Assembly: GCA_963706795.1 (NCBI GenBank)
Contig: OY970170.1
Coordinates: forward strand, 780,001-812,000
Reading direction: 5' to 3'
DNA length: 32,000 bases
Origin: Candidatus Saccharimonadota bacterium
GTDB taxonomy: Bacteria > Patescibacteriota > Gracilibacteria > BD1-5 > UBA2023
The notes under the pieces are model-generated. The model was given only the letters and a program-made list of their open reading frames with translations. It was not told the DNA's origin and did not search any database. Both the position numbers and the translations under genes were made by a program. Shown one piece after another: positions 10,526-19,454 of the stretch (positions are counted from its first letter, which is position 1; each line of letters starts with the position of its first letter).

Positions 10526-12464
10526 ATGCCTCCACTTTGGACGTTACACCCTCATTTGAATGCTGGATATCATAGAATTTTGCATATGGATTATCTCAGC
10601 CGATAAGGGATTCATGATTACCAGTGCTCGTGATTTTTCCATCCTCGATGCAATAGATCGTATCGACATGGCGAATCGTCGACATGCGATGAGTGATGAA
10701 AATAATAATCTTTTCGCTTTTTTCTCCCAGGAGCTCTCGCATGATACGAAGCTCGTTTTCGGCATCGAGCTGGTTTGTTCCTTCGTCGAGGATGAGAATG
10801 GGGCGATCTTGGAGTAGTGTACGAATAATCGCAATAAGCTGTCTTTGTCCACCGGAGAGATCGTCATCCCAGCCAATATTATTATCGAGACCGAGTCGGA
10901 GTTTTTGGATCTTGGTTTTGAGTCCGAAGTTATCCAAGAGCTTCCAGAGCTCATCATCGCTGACTGCGCGTTCAACCCCGAGCGTGAGATTTTCACGGAT
11001 CGTGAATCTGCCATTCATAATAAACGGATCCTGGCTGACGTATGAGGCGAGTGAATAGAGTGCATCACGCCTAATTGTTTTACCTTCAATCTTGTTGTAG
11101 CTGATCGTTCCTTCGTAGTTTGAGAAGAATCCAAGGATGAGATTAATGAGCGTCGTTTTGCCTGCACCATTTTTGCCGACGATACCGTAGATATTTCCTT
11201 TTTTAAAACTCAGATTGATGTCATGGAGAATCACGGGGCTTGGGAGCTCGATTTCGGCCTTGAGTTCTTTGAGCATGTGGATCTCATCAAGATCCCAGGT
11301 ATTCATATTTTTGTAGGATTCGATTCGTCGTATTGAGATATCTATGAAGGATTTTTCAGCTTCTGCAGATTTTGGATACTGGAATACGCAATTGCGAATA
11401 CTGATGGATTCTACGGGATGTGAGATACAATTAATCCGCAGTTGATCGCCGTTCTCGGTCATTCCAAGGAAAAGCTCCATTCGAGCGAGATCATCTGCAA
11501 TCTTGTTTTTATCGATCCAAGTACTGAGAATATTATTTACGACCTCTCATATTTGAGAGGTATAGAGCATCGTCATTGTCATAAGACCGATGGATCCAGT
11601 CGAATAGTAAATCGTATATCAGACATACATTTTGATGAGCAATGTAAAGAAATTCTCATTGATGAGTTGCACAATGCTCCAGCTGGCATCACCGAGGACT
11701 TCAGTCTTGCGACTCACTGCGATTTGCTCAAGAATTCCAGCAAATTTTTGCGTAAATGATTTCGTTGCGCCATTGACGACTATGTGATGATATGACCGTT
11801 GTAATGCAGCTTCCATGTTCCATCTGAGAGAAGTGAGCTCATGATTGCTCTTGAGATTAAAGTGTATCATGAACGCATTTTTGTGCTGCTGTATCAAAAA
11901 TGCGAATATCGCAGATACAAATACAAGCAAAAATATTTTGTAATCCGTGAACGAAAATACAAGGAGTACTGAACTCGCCGTAATAAACATCCCAATTTTA
12001 GCGATGGTGAAATCCTCGATTTTGGCGGGCATGTCATTTACGGTACTTCTGGCGCTCTCGATGAGTCTTTGATATCTTGCAGAGAGCGAGTAGCCTGGAT
12101 CCAGAAACTGTGTGCGTTCGGTGACTTCAATGAGGAGACTGTTTTCGAGACGCTTTTTTTCGACTTCGGTTGCGAGTTTGAAGCCGAGATCTATCAGTGC
12201 TTTGAGAAGGTCTGCGATAAATATGATTCCTAAAATGATCAAAAATATTCCATATGGCGTATTCGTGAACATAAAAAATGTCGCGCTTTTTTCGACAAGC
12301 TGGTCCATCTCGAGCTTCACAAGATAGGGGAGTCCTGCCTGGATCAAACGCGCAACAATGGTTGTAATGAGCGCAATGAGGAAGTATCTGCGATGCTTCT
12401 TATAAACGATTTCCCAGATGAATTTTATTGCACGGGAATACTTCTCTCTCAAGCGCACGAACAT
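10524..12464 (-). CDS. ABC exporter, fused permease and ATPase (type I exporter, MsbA-like), 646 aa
   Basis: Track ORFs 11619-12464 (TMD) and 10596-11480 (NBD) share one frame. Three in-frame TGAs join them (11619-11621, 11547-11549, 10596-10598). Walker A is GKNGAGKT, the signature is LSGGQRQ, and Walker B is ILILDE. The C-terminus continues as G-DNPYAKFYDIQ... to TAA (complement of 10524-10526). Confidence 0.9.
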
Positions 12465-12466
12465 GA

Positions 12467-12931
12467 CTATTTGATTCCAATATATACCGCGACTCTGTCT
12501 ACTCCGATATAGTGTTCAAAATCCGCGATATAGGCACGCTCGTGCTCCGGATGAGCAGGGAAGAATTGCCAAACATCCATCCAGGCATCAATGACGGACT
12601 GTGGCATCGCTCCTGATTTTTCGAATACGAGATAGCTTCCACTTGGTATTTCTACGCTTCTCATATTGTCATCAAAGGAAATCTCCGTAGTTTTGTGGCC
12701 AACTGTGACATCAAATAATCCAGAAGCGTCGGATTCGTAATTTGAATACGTGCCATACATTGCACTTTCTGGATCTTTGTCCGTAATTTTATCACTGATC
12801 CCTTCACTAAAAAATTTGCCCCAGAGAGGTCCGATTTTAGCAGTGACAGGATTGCCTTCATCTTGGTTTTTGGTTCGAGTAGTGATACCAGTAACAATGA
12901 ATGCGTCTACATGTTTGAGGATTGGTTCCAT
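12467..12931 (-). CDS. GyrI-like / AraC-effector-binding-domain small-molecule-binding protein
   Basis: 154 aa from the internal ATG (MEPILKHVDAFIVTGITTRT...). Features typical of the family are IGPLWGKF, SGSYLVFE and DFEHY. The stop lies 2 nt upstream of the ABC exporter start. Confidence 0.7.
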   Translation of the reverse strand: MEPILKHVDAFIVTGITTRTKNQDEGNPVTAKIGPLWGKFFSEGISDKITDKDPESAMYGTYSNYESDASGLFDVTVGHKTTEISFDDNMRSVEIPSGSYLVFEKSGAMPQSVIDAWMDVWQFFPAHPEHERAYIADFEHYIGVDRVAVYIGIK

Positions 12932-12938
12932 ATTGATT

Positions 12939-13937
12939 TTAGGTGAATGAGATATCGTCAAGAGTCGCTGCGATGGTGTCAGTAATATCGTGCATTTCGA
13001 GTTTTTTTGCAAGTGCTCGGAAATTGATCTTATCTGCGAATAGGAGTTTTTCGAGACTTTTTTGAGGAGAATTTTCGATCACAAAATCCTTCAATGTCTC
13101 ACCCCAAGGAATCGTCTCATCGACGTAGTCTGTAAAGTCCTGGATTTTTTCAAAATGAGCATTATTGCTCTCGCGATATATATCCCACAAAAACGGCTTT
13201 CCAGCGAGCAAGGCTCAGATGAGACTATTTTCTCATCGTACGATATTTGTATCACTGAGGTTTAGGAGTGCGCTGTAGTCTGCCAGGGGAAGAAAGGGGA
13301 GGCTGGTGCAATTGTTTGCCTCAATCGATAGCCCACCACACATCAGGAATTGATATTCTGGATGATTCTGTGCAAGCAGAGAGATGGCTTCGAGGCTTGA
13401 TGGATAGACAAAAACACTACACCATTTTTGGGTGTGTTTTAAAGAACCAAGTGCATATTTTTCTTTGAATTTTTCTCGAGTCATTTCTTCATTTTGCCTC
13501 GGGATGACCACTCCAGCTCATTCCTCAAGGATGCTTGGGACGAGATGAATGACCGTAGATTGACCGACGGTGTAGGTTGTTTTGTGGAGCGATGCAACTC
13601 CAGGATTCTGATATCCACGATCCTTATGAAATTGCAGATAATCAAAATTGAGAATCGTATGTGGAAAGGCATTTTGAAGCGTTTCTTCGTTGATTTTAAG
13701 CCCAAAAAAATTGCATCTGATCTCGCTGTGTTGGCTTGCCTCCCAATCATCAAGTTTGTGATATTGGAGAGAAGGAAAACTCTCTGAACCCAGCATGCGA
13801 TCGAAAAGATCGCGGTCTTCGCTCCAAAAATGAATAGTGAGATCGGGGTATTTTTGCATCAAACAAATAGCGAGTGAGAGTGCAAATCCCATGTCGCCAA
13901 AATTGTCTATCACCGGAACGGTAAAATCCATCTGCAT
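12939..13937 (-). CDS. earP: EF-P arginine-32 rhamnosyltransferase EarP (DUF2331 family), 332 aa
   Basis: Three same-frame fragments (13518-13937, 13233-13511, 12939-13211) join through three TGAs. The product matches remembered Pseudomonas EarP blocks. VIDNFGDMGFALSLA matches VVDNYGDIGVTWRLA. LPFLPLADYSALLNLSDTNIVR-G-ENSLI-G-ALLAGKPFLWDIYRE matches LPFMAQDDYDRLLWCCDLNAVRGEDSFVRAQWAGRPLLWHIYRQ. TAA stop. Confidence 0.88.
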
Positions 13938-13991
13938 GAGGCAAGTCTACTTCCCATTTGCAAAACGCAAGATTCTCTGTTCAATACGCCC

Positions 13992-14930
13992 ATGCTTCCA
14001 AAACTTCTCAACTCCCGTCTACGGTCTATTCTCGTGGATACCGATTATCAGTCTGTCATGGACGCCTTTGCAACTCAGCGAATGGCTTCCTTTCGCGTAA
14101 ATACGCTCAAATCTTCCGAAGAAGAAATCGATGCAAAACTTGCAACGCTGGGCATCGCAGCGACAAAATTCCCACCTATTAAAGGTGTCTATTTACTCGA
14201 TCCAGCAGATGAATTCGCATTTAAGGGTTCACCACTTTTTCGCGAAGGACTGACCTATATGCAGTCGCTCTCGAGTCTTTTACCGCCTCTCGCTTTTGAA
14301 TATGGCGAATGAATGACCAAAGTGCTCGATATCTGTGCGGCTCCTGGCTCAAAAACGACTCAAATGTCTGCGCTCATGTCTAATCACTGAGAGATCGTTG
14401 CGCTCGAACAGAGTCCGATTAGATGTGATAAGCTCATCCACAATGCCAAACTCCAAGGAGCAACCAACATCCGAATTCTTCGTACAGATGCTCGTAAATT
14501 CCTCGATGAGAGCGACGAAATGTTTGATGCGATTTTGCTCGATGCACCATGTTCGGCAGAGTGACGCATTCGTCTCGATGATGAGCGCTCATACGGATTT
14601 TTTTCACTCGATAATATCCGTCGTAAATCTGAGCTGCAGCTCGATCTCCTTCTGCATGCATTTATGCATCTCAAGCCCCAAGGAGTCCTTGTTTACTCAA
14701 CTTGTACTCTCGCTCCCGAAGAAAACGAAGGCGTTATCTCACGATTTCTCTCGAATGGAAAACATGCCATCCTCGAATCTGTCGAGTTTCCATTTGTCGA
14801 ATTTCGCCCAGGATTGACGCGTTTTGCGAGTAGAGAATACCATGCTGACATAGCGCGGACGGCACGTATTCTTCCTTCCAAAAATTTTGAATGATTTTTT
14901 GTAGCAAAGATCAGAAAAACCGGCCTATAA
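13992..14930 (+). CDS. RNA cytosine-C5 methyltransferase (NOL1/NOP2/Sun; RsmB/RsmF-like), 312 aa
   Basis: Frame-3 fragments 13992-14312 and 14664-14894 join through four TGAs to TAA 14928-14930. Motifs are DICAAPGSKT, LDAPCSAE-G-RIR (TGA at 14562-14564 on the DAPCSGxG glycine) and VYSTCT. Confidence 0.85.
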
Positions 14931-14948
14931 AAAAGACAGAACTTTCCT

Positions 14949-14976
14949 TTGACATACGCACACTTTTTTATACTAT
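14949..14976 (+). promoter_or_regulatory. Sigma-70-like promoter: TTGACA, 16-nt spacer, TACTAT
   Basis: Hexamers read directly at 14949-14954 and 14971-14976, about 25 nt upstream of ATG 15002. Confidence 0.5.
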
Positions 14977-15001
14977 CTTTCGGTCCAATTTTTTTCGAAC
15001 C

Positions 15002-15232
15002 ATGACATTTTCACCTCCAAAGAAAGCTTCCAAAGTCCAGACTGGTAAACGTCACGGTAAGTGGCTTTTCGAGAAAGCTCGCAAGATCAAGAATTCTGTT
15101 GTCCTTCAATACGATGCAGCAGGAAACGCTATTGGTCTCGCTCATTTCGCATCTCCAATCACTGGAGAATACAACGGCCGCAAGGTCTACAAGGTTGGTT
15201 CGAAATCAAAAGTAACTACGGTTCGAGCGTAA
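15002..15232 (+). CDS. Small basic hypothetical protein, 76 aa
   Basis: An ATG-initiated ORF (MTFSPPKKASKVQTGKRHGKW...) framed by a near-consensus promoter and a strong terminator. TAA stop. Confidence 0.55.
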   Translation: MTFSPPKKASKVQTGKRHGKWLFEKARKIKNSVVLQYDAAGNAIGLAHFASPITGEYNGRKVYKVGSKSKVTTVRA

Positions 15233-15238
15233 CTCCCC

Positions 15239-15268
15239 GAAAAGCCGGATTACTCCGGCTTTTATTTT
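15239..15268 (+). terminator. Rho-independent terminator
   Basis: AAAGCCGGA-ttac-TCCGGCTTT followed by TTTTATTTT. Confidence 0.8.
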
Positions 15269-15287
15269 CAGTAGTGGTCTTTTAAAT

Positions 15288-15758
15288 ATGCGAAAACTCT
15301 CCCGTCGCGAAGTGCGCGAATTCCTCCTTCAGTCGCTCTACGCACGTTCAGTGCTGGGTACTGATTTCTCTCTTGAGAATTTTGCGTCGTCCTACTACGA
15401 GTCTCCAGTTGGGGATGCTCTTGTTGACGCATACTTTTTGGACATGTACGATGGTATCATTGTTCAAGAAGGTAATCTCCTACAAGTAGTGAGTCTTTTT
15501 GCGCCAAAATTCGATATTTCGATCATGCCACTCGTCAATCTTTTGCCGATCTTCATCGGTGCGTATGAGATGCTCTATCTCAAGGCTGATCAAGTACCAG
15601 AAAAGGTTTCGATCAACGAGGCAGTCGAACTTGCTAAAAAATTCTCCGACGATGGAGCTCGTGAGCTCGTCAATGGCGTCTTGAATAGCTTGAAAGATCA
15701 GAAGAACACGATAGTATCTACGCTCGAAAGCAGACAGGGATTTTTCTTCCTCGTCTAA
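15288..15758 (+). CDS. nusB: Transcription antitermination factor NusB
   Basis: 156 aa. The N-terminal SRREVREFLLQSLY and the C-terminal INEAVELAKKFSDDGARELVNGVLN match NusB hallmarks. Confidence 0.85.
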   Translation: MRKLSRREVREFLLQSLYARSVLGTDFSLENFASSYYESPVGDALVDAYFLDMYDGIIVQEGNLLQVVSLFAPKFDISIMPLVNLLPIFIGAYEMLYLKADQVPEKVSINEAVELAKKFSDDGARELVNGVLNSLKDQKNTIVSTLESRQGFFFLV

Positions 15759-15785
15759 TTTCTTCTTTAGAACTTATACCTTCAC

Positions 15786-16517
15786 ATGACAAAACGAAGC
15801 AATCGCTTCGATCCATTGGCATTTGAAGAGAAAGTAGAAAGTCTTCTGCTTTCTCTTGAGATTCCGTACAAGAGGAGGAGCTCATATGTGCTCGCATTCC
15901 TCCACAGATCTGTACTCAATGAGATCAATCTCCCTGAGAGCAACGAACGTCTCGAATATCTCTGAGACGCTGTCCTAGAGCTCATTACTACCGAATACCT
16001 CTTCCATGCATTTCCTGATAAGGATGAGGGGGCTATGACGGATATTCGTAGTGCGCTCGTTCGAGGCCGTAATCTCGCGGATGTCGCTCTCAGGCTCGGC
16101 CTCTCCGACTTTATATTGCTCTCAAAGGGCGAAATCCAAGCAGGCGGAAATCTCAATCCATATATCCTCGCAAATACCTTTGAGGCTCTTCTTGGTGCAG
16201 TATACCTCGATGCAGGATTTACGGCTGCGAAGCAGTTCGTAGAGATCCATGTCATCTCTACTCTCAAACAAATCCTCGACGAAGAACTCCATGTAGATCC
16301 AAAATCCAATCTCCAAGAGCTCATCCAGGCAATGTATAACGTGACTCCGCATTACGATCTCATTGGCGATCATGGTCTCGATCACGACAAAACCTACGAA
16401 ATCGGCGCCTATGTCCTCGATCGTGAGATCGGACGAGGTGTAGGTTCGAGCAAAAAAAAGGCGCAATCCAAAGCTGCCGAAAACGCCCTCGAGCGCAAAA
16501 AAGAGTGGGAAAAATAG
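15786..16517 (+). CDS. rnc: Ribonuclease III, 243 aa
   Basis: ATG at 15786 in frame 3. The RNase III signature reads NERLEYL-(TGA 15963-15965)-DAVLEL, against canonical ERLEFLGDAVL. The dsRBD ends in GSSKKKAQSKAAENAL. TAG stop. Confidence 0.95.
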
Positions 16518-16600
16518 TGGATCAGGATGCAGTACATTGGTTTTGTAAAATCCCAATGCATCAATATCTGTAGGAGAGTGTTTTCTCCCTCGATTAAGTT

Positions 16601-16628
16601 TTGACTTTCGTCCCTCATTTCATACAAT
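16601..16628 (+). promoter_or_regulatory. Sigma-70-like promoter: TTGACT, 16-nt spacer, TACAAT, upstream of rpmH
   Basis: Hexamers read directly at 16601-16606 and 16623-16628. Confidence 0.5.
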
Positions 16629-16652
16629 TCACGCATTCATTTTTAGAGTACT

Positions 16653-16898
16653 ATGATTGGTAAATTCAAGAAGCGCAAACGTCTTCGTTCACACGGTTTC
16701 CTTGCTCGCATGACCACAAAGGGTGGAGCGAAGGTTATTGCTGCACGCCGCCGAAAGGGTCGTCACGTTCTCGCAGTTAGCTATCCAAACCGCTACAAAT
16801 TCACAAACGGTAAGTCAAAGCTCCACATTATTGCTGGAGGTACTGCACGCGTAGTTCGATATCCAGGTTCTAGCGAGAAATTCCGCCCAGAAGCATAA
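16653..16898 (+). CDS. rpmH: Ribosomal protein L34 with a C-terminal extension of about 35 aa (81 aa total)
   Basis: The L34 core is [37 protein letters not shown]. The ORF then continues without any stop to TAA 16896-16898. The conserved rpmH-rnpA-yidC order supports the call. Confidence 0.85.
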   Translation: MIGKFKKRKRLRSHGFLARMTTKGGAKVIAARRRKGRHVLAVSYPNRYKFTNGKSKLHIIAGGTARVVRYPGSSEKFRPEA

Positions 16899-16901
16899 AA
16901 C

Positions 16902-17309
16902 ATGATCGCGAAACTATTTCGCCTCACAGAATCAGACGTTGGAAAGGTTTTAAAAAGAAAAAAACCTTTCTTTTCGTATACCCTCGTGGCGAATGTTACT
17001 AAAAATCAGCTTGCACATGCGCGTTTCGGCATTATCCTTTCGGGGAAAGTAACAAAAACAAGCGTCGATCGTAATTTTTACCGTCGGATGTTTTTCGAGC
17101 TTGCCCGTCCATATATCGAAAAGAGCACATTTGATATTGTGCTCGTCGTCAAAAAAGGGAATGTGCTGACCCGCAAAAACCCAGAACACATCGCAAATTT
17201 CGAAAAAGAAGTTACCTTCCTTTTAAAAAAGATATTTTCTCCCTTATCGCATGAAAGACCGTCTCCTCAATATACTGCTCCTCACGTTCATCTTCCTCCT
17301 CGTCATTAA
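16902..17309 (+). CDS. rnpA: Ribonuclease P protein component
   Basis: 135 aa. FGIILSGKVTKTSVDRNFYRRMFFE matches the RnpA basic motif (VSKK..AV.RNR.KR). It sits between rpmH and yidC. The 3' end overlaps the yidC start by 59 nt. Confidence 0.8.
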   Translation: MIAKLFRLTESDVGKVLKRKKPFFSYTLVANVTKNQLAHARFGIILSGKVTKTSVDRNFYRRMFFELARPYIEKSTFDIVLVVKKGNVLTRKNPEHIANFEKEVTFLLKKIFSPLSHERPSPQYTAPHVHLPPRH

Positions 17310-18414
17310 TTTTTTCTTGCCGAAGCCAGCTGCACAAACCGAAAAATCCGAGCCAAACTTCAAACTTGCGCAGGCTGAATACGTCATCCCAAATATTCCG
17401 GTTATCAGTCTCGCCAACCCTACAGACAAGGTGATTTCGCTCGATACATGTAAAGATCTCGAAATCCTTCGTGATCTCCAAAAAGTCCAGATCGATGGAA
17501 CAGCACAGGCATTCTGTAAAACGCTTACTGTAGCACCAAAATCAGAGGTGCATCTCGATCTCAGCGCACTTCGAGCGCTCTTTGAGCATCCATCGGATAT
17601 TGGATTTAAGGCAAAAGTCGACAACAAAGATATCGCAGTGAGTGTAAAAATCTCCGAACGCGGAATGCTTCGTACCTTCTTTGCGACGATTTTTTATGCA
17701 CCAGTACTCAATCTCTTTGTATATATTCTTGATGTGCTTCCTGGACATAATCTCGGACTCGCAATTATTTTGATTACACTGCTCGTTCGTATCATTCTTC
17801 TCTTGCCACAGCATCACATGCTCGTGAACGCTCGCAAGATGCAAGAGCTCCAGCCACATATCAAAAACCTTCAAGAGAAGCATAAGGGTGATCAATCCAA
17901 GATCGGAATGGAGCTCATGGAGCTCTACAAACGTGAAAAGGTAAATCCACTTGGAGCATGTCTTCCTCTGCTTATCCAGATGCCTCTGCTCATTGTCCTG
18001 TATTGGGTTTTAACGAGTATTCTTGATGCGAGTAATCATTATTATTTTTACTCATTTTTTCAGGGGTTTCAGGTAAGCAGTATTAATACGCATTTCCTCG
18101 GAATGGATCTCCTTGCGATTGGCGGTATCGTAGGTGCAATCCTCGCACTTTTGGTTGGTATTGCTCAGTGGGCGCAGATTAAGCTCTCTCAGATGCGTAC
18201 AAATGCTTCTCCAGCTCCTGTGATTAAGCACGATCCCGAGAGTCTTATGCCAGATCCAAACATGATGAATATGTTCATGCTTTGGGGAATGCCGGTGATG
18301 ATCGCTGTATCTACATACTTTTTCCCAGCGGGTGTTGGTGTTTACTGGCTCATTGGAACGCTCTTTATGCTCGTTCAACAAGTCATCGCAAACCGCGTAA
18401 CTACAAAAAAGTAA
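17251..18414 (+). CDS. yidC: Membrane protein insertase YidC/Oxa1 family
   Basis: 387 aa with an N-terminal TM segment. The conserved core is ILLITLLVRIILLPQHHMLVNARKMQELQPHIKNLQEKHKGDQ...YKREKVNPLGACLPLLIQMP. Confidence 0.9.
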   Translation: MKDRLLNILLLTFIFLLVINFFLPKPAAQTEKSEPNFKLAQAEYVIPNIPVISLANPTDKVISLDTCKDLEILRDLQKVQIDGTAQAFCKTLTVAPKSEVHLDLSALRALFEHPSDIGFKAKVDNKDIAVSVKISERGMLRTFFATIFYAPVLNLFVYILDVLPGHNLGLAIILITLLVRIILLLPQHHMLVNARKMQELQPHIKNLQEKHKGDQSKIGMELMELYKREKVNPLGACLPLLIQMPLLIVLYWVLTSILDASNHYYFYSFFQGFQVSSINTHFLGMDLLAIGGIVGAILALLVGIAQWAQIKLSQMRTNASPAPVIKHDPESLMPDPNMMNMFMLWGMPVMIAVSTYFFPAGVGVYWLIGTLFMLVQQVIANRVTTKK

Positions 18415-18478
18415 TTTCGCTGACAAAAAAACGACACTTCGCAGATATACTCAGTCAGTTTATTCTTCAATATCTCGT

Positions 18479-18742
18479 ATGAAAACACGTGCCATCCTTG
18501 CGGGTCTCGTAGTACTTGCACTCACTATCCCATCAGCATTCGTCAATGCACGCGCTGTGGTTTCAGGTCCAGCAAAGATTACTTCAAAACCTGTAGTGAA
18601 GACTGTAGCTCCGGTTACCAAACCCGCTACCTCTGTAAAAACAGTGACAAAAAAGCCAACTATAAAAACACCTACCGTTACTAAAAAGCCAGTTGTAAAA
18701 AAGAAGGTAAGAACGCCTGTAAAAACAACCGTAAAACCTTAG
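18479..18742 (+). CDS. Small secreted Lys/Pro/Thr/Val-rich low-complexity protein, 87 aa
   Basis: The signal peptide is MKTRAILAGLVVLALTIPSAFVNA. Iterated KPxVKT-like segments follow. TAG stop and a terminator come after it. Confidence 0.55.
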   Translation: MKTRAILAGLVVLALTIPSAFVNARAVVSGPAKITSKPVVKTVAPVTKPATSVKTVTKKPTIKTPTVTKKPVVKKKVRTPVKTTVKP

Positions 18743-18746
18743 TTAT

Positions 18747-18769
18747 AGCCTGCAATGCAGGCTTTTTTT
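18747..18769 (+). terminator. Rho-independent terminator
   Basis: AGCCTGC-aat-GCAGGCT followed by TTTTTTT. Confidence 0.75.
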
Positions 18770-18776
18770 GAATACT

Positions 18777-19454
18777 ATGAGAGTGTTGCTCGTAGAGGAC
18801 GATCCACGAATTGCTGCAAATATCATTGAATTCCTCGGGACTCAATCTTTTGCGGTTGATCATACAGACAATGGCAAGACTGGATATGAAATGGCCGTGA
18901 AGGGCGATCTCTATGATGCAGTCATCTCTGATCGCATGCTTCCGCTCATGGATGGCGCGACCATGGTACGCAATCTTCGTAGTGAAGGCGTAAAAACTCC
19001 CATTATTATGCTTACTGCCATGGATGCAACGGATCAAAAGATCGATGGTCTCTATGCTGGCGCGGATGATTATCTCGTGAAGCCATTTTCGCTCAAAGAG
19101 CTCCTTGCCAGACTTCATGCACTGCTCAGGAGGACATTCGACCATCTCGAGGATGGAAAGGAACTCATCATTGCTGATTTGCACTTGATGTTAGATACCA
19201 AGCAGGTATATCGAGCAAATACCGCTATCAAGCTCTCCAAAAAACAATTTGAGCTTCTTGAATATCTCATGCGAAATCCCTGACGAATTATCTCTAAGTC
19301 AGAGCTCGAAGAACATATCTGGGATCGAAATGCTGAGCTTTGGAGCGATGTAGTTCGATCACATATTCAAACCCTTCGAGCCAAGATTGATCGGCCATTT
19401 GTAAAGCAGCTTATACAAACTACTCACGGCATGGGATATGGCATTTTTGAATAA
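18777..19454 (+). CDS. OmpR-family response regulator, 225 aa
   Basis: MRVLLVEDD receiver domain with LTAMDA and KPF. One in-frame TGA (19281-19283) joins the receiver to a winged-helix C-terminus (...HIQTLRAKIDRPF...TTHGMGYGIFE). TAA at 19452-19454. Confidence 0.9.

Noticed and set aside
12932-13012. Longer 181-aa form of the GyrI-like protein starting at 13012.
   Set aside because: The extension overlaps the earP 3' end and adds a non-homologous leader. The internal ATG at 12931 begins the conserved domain.
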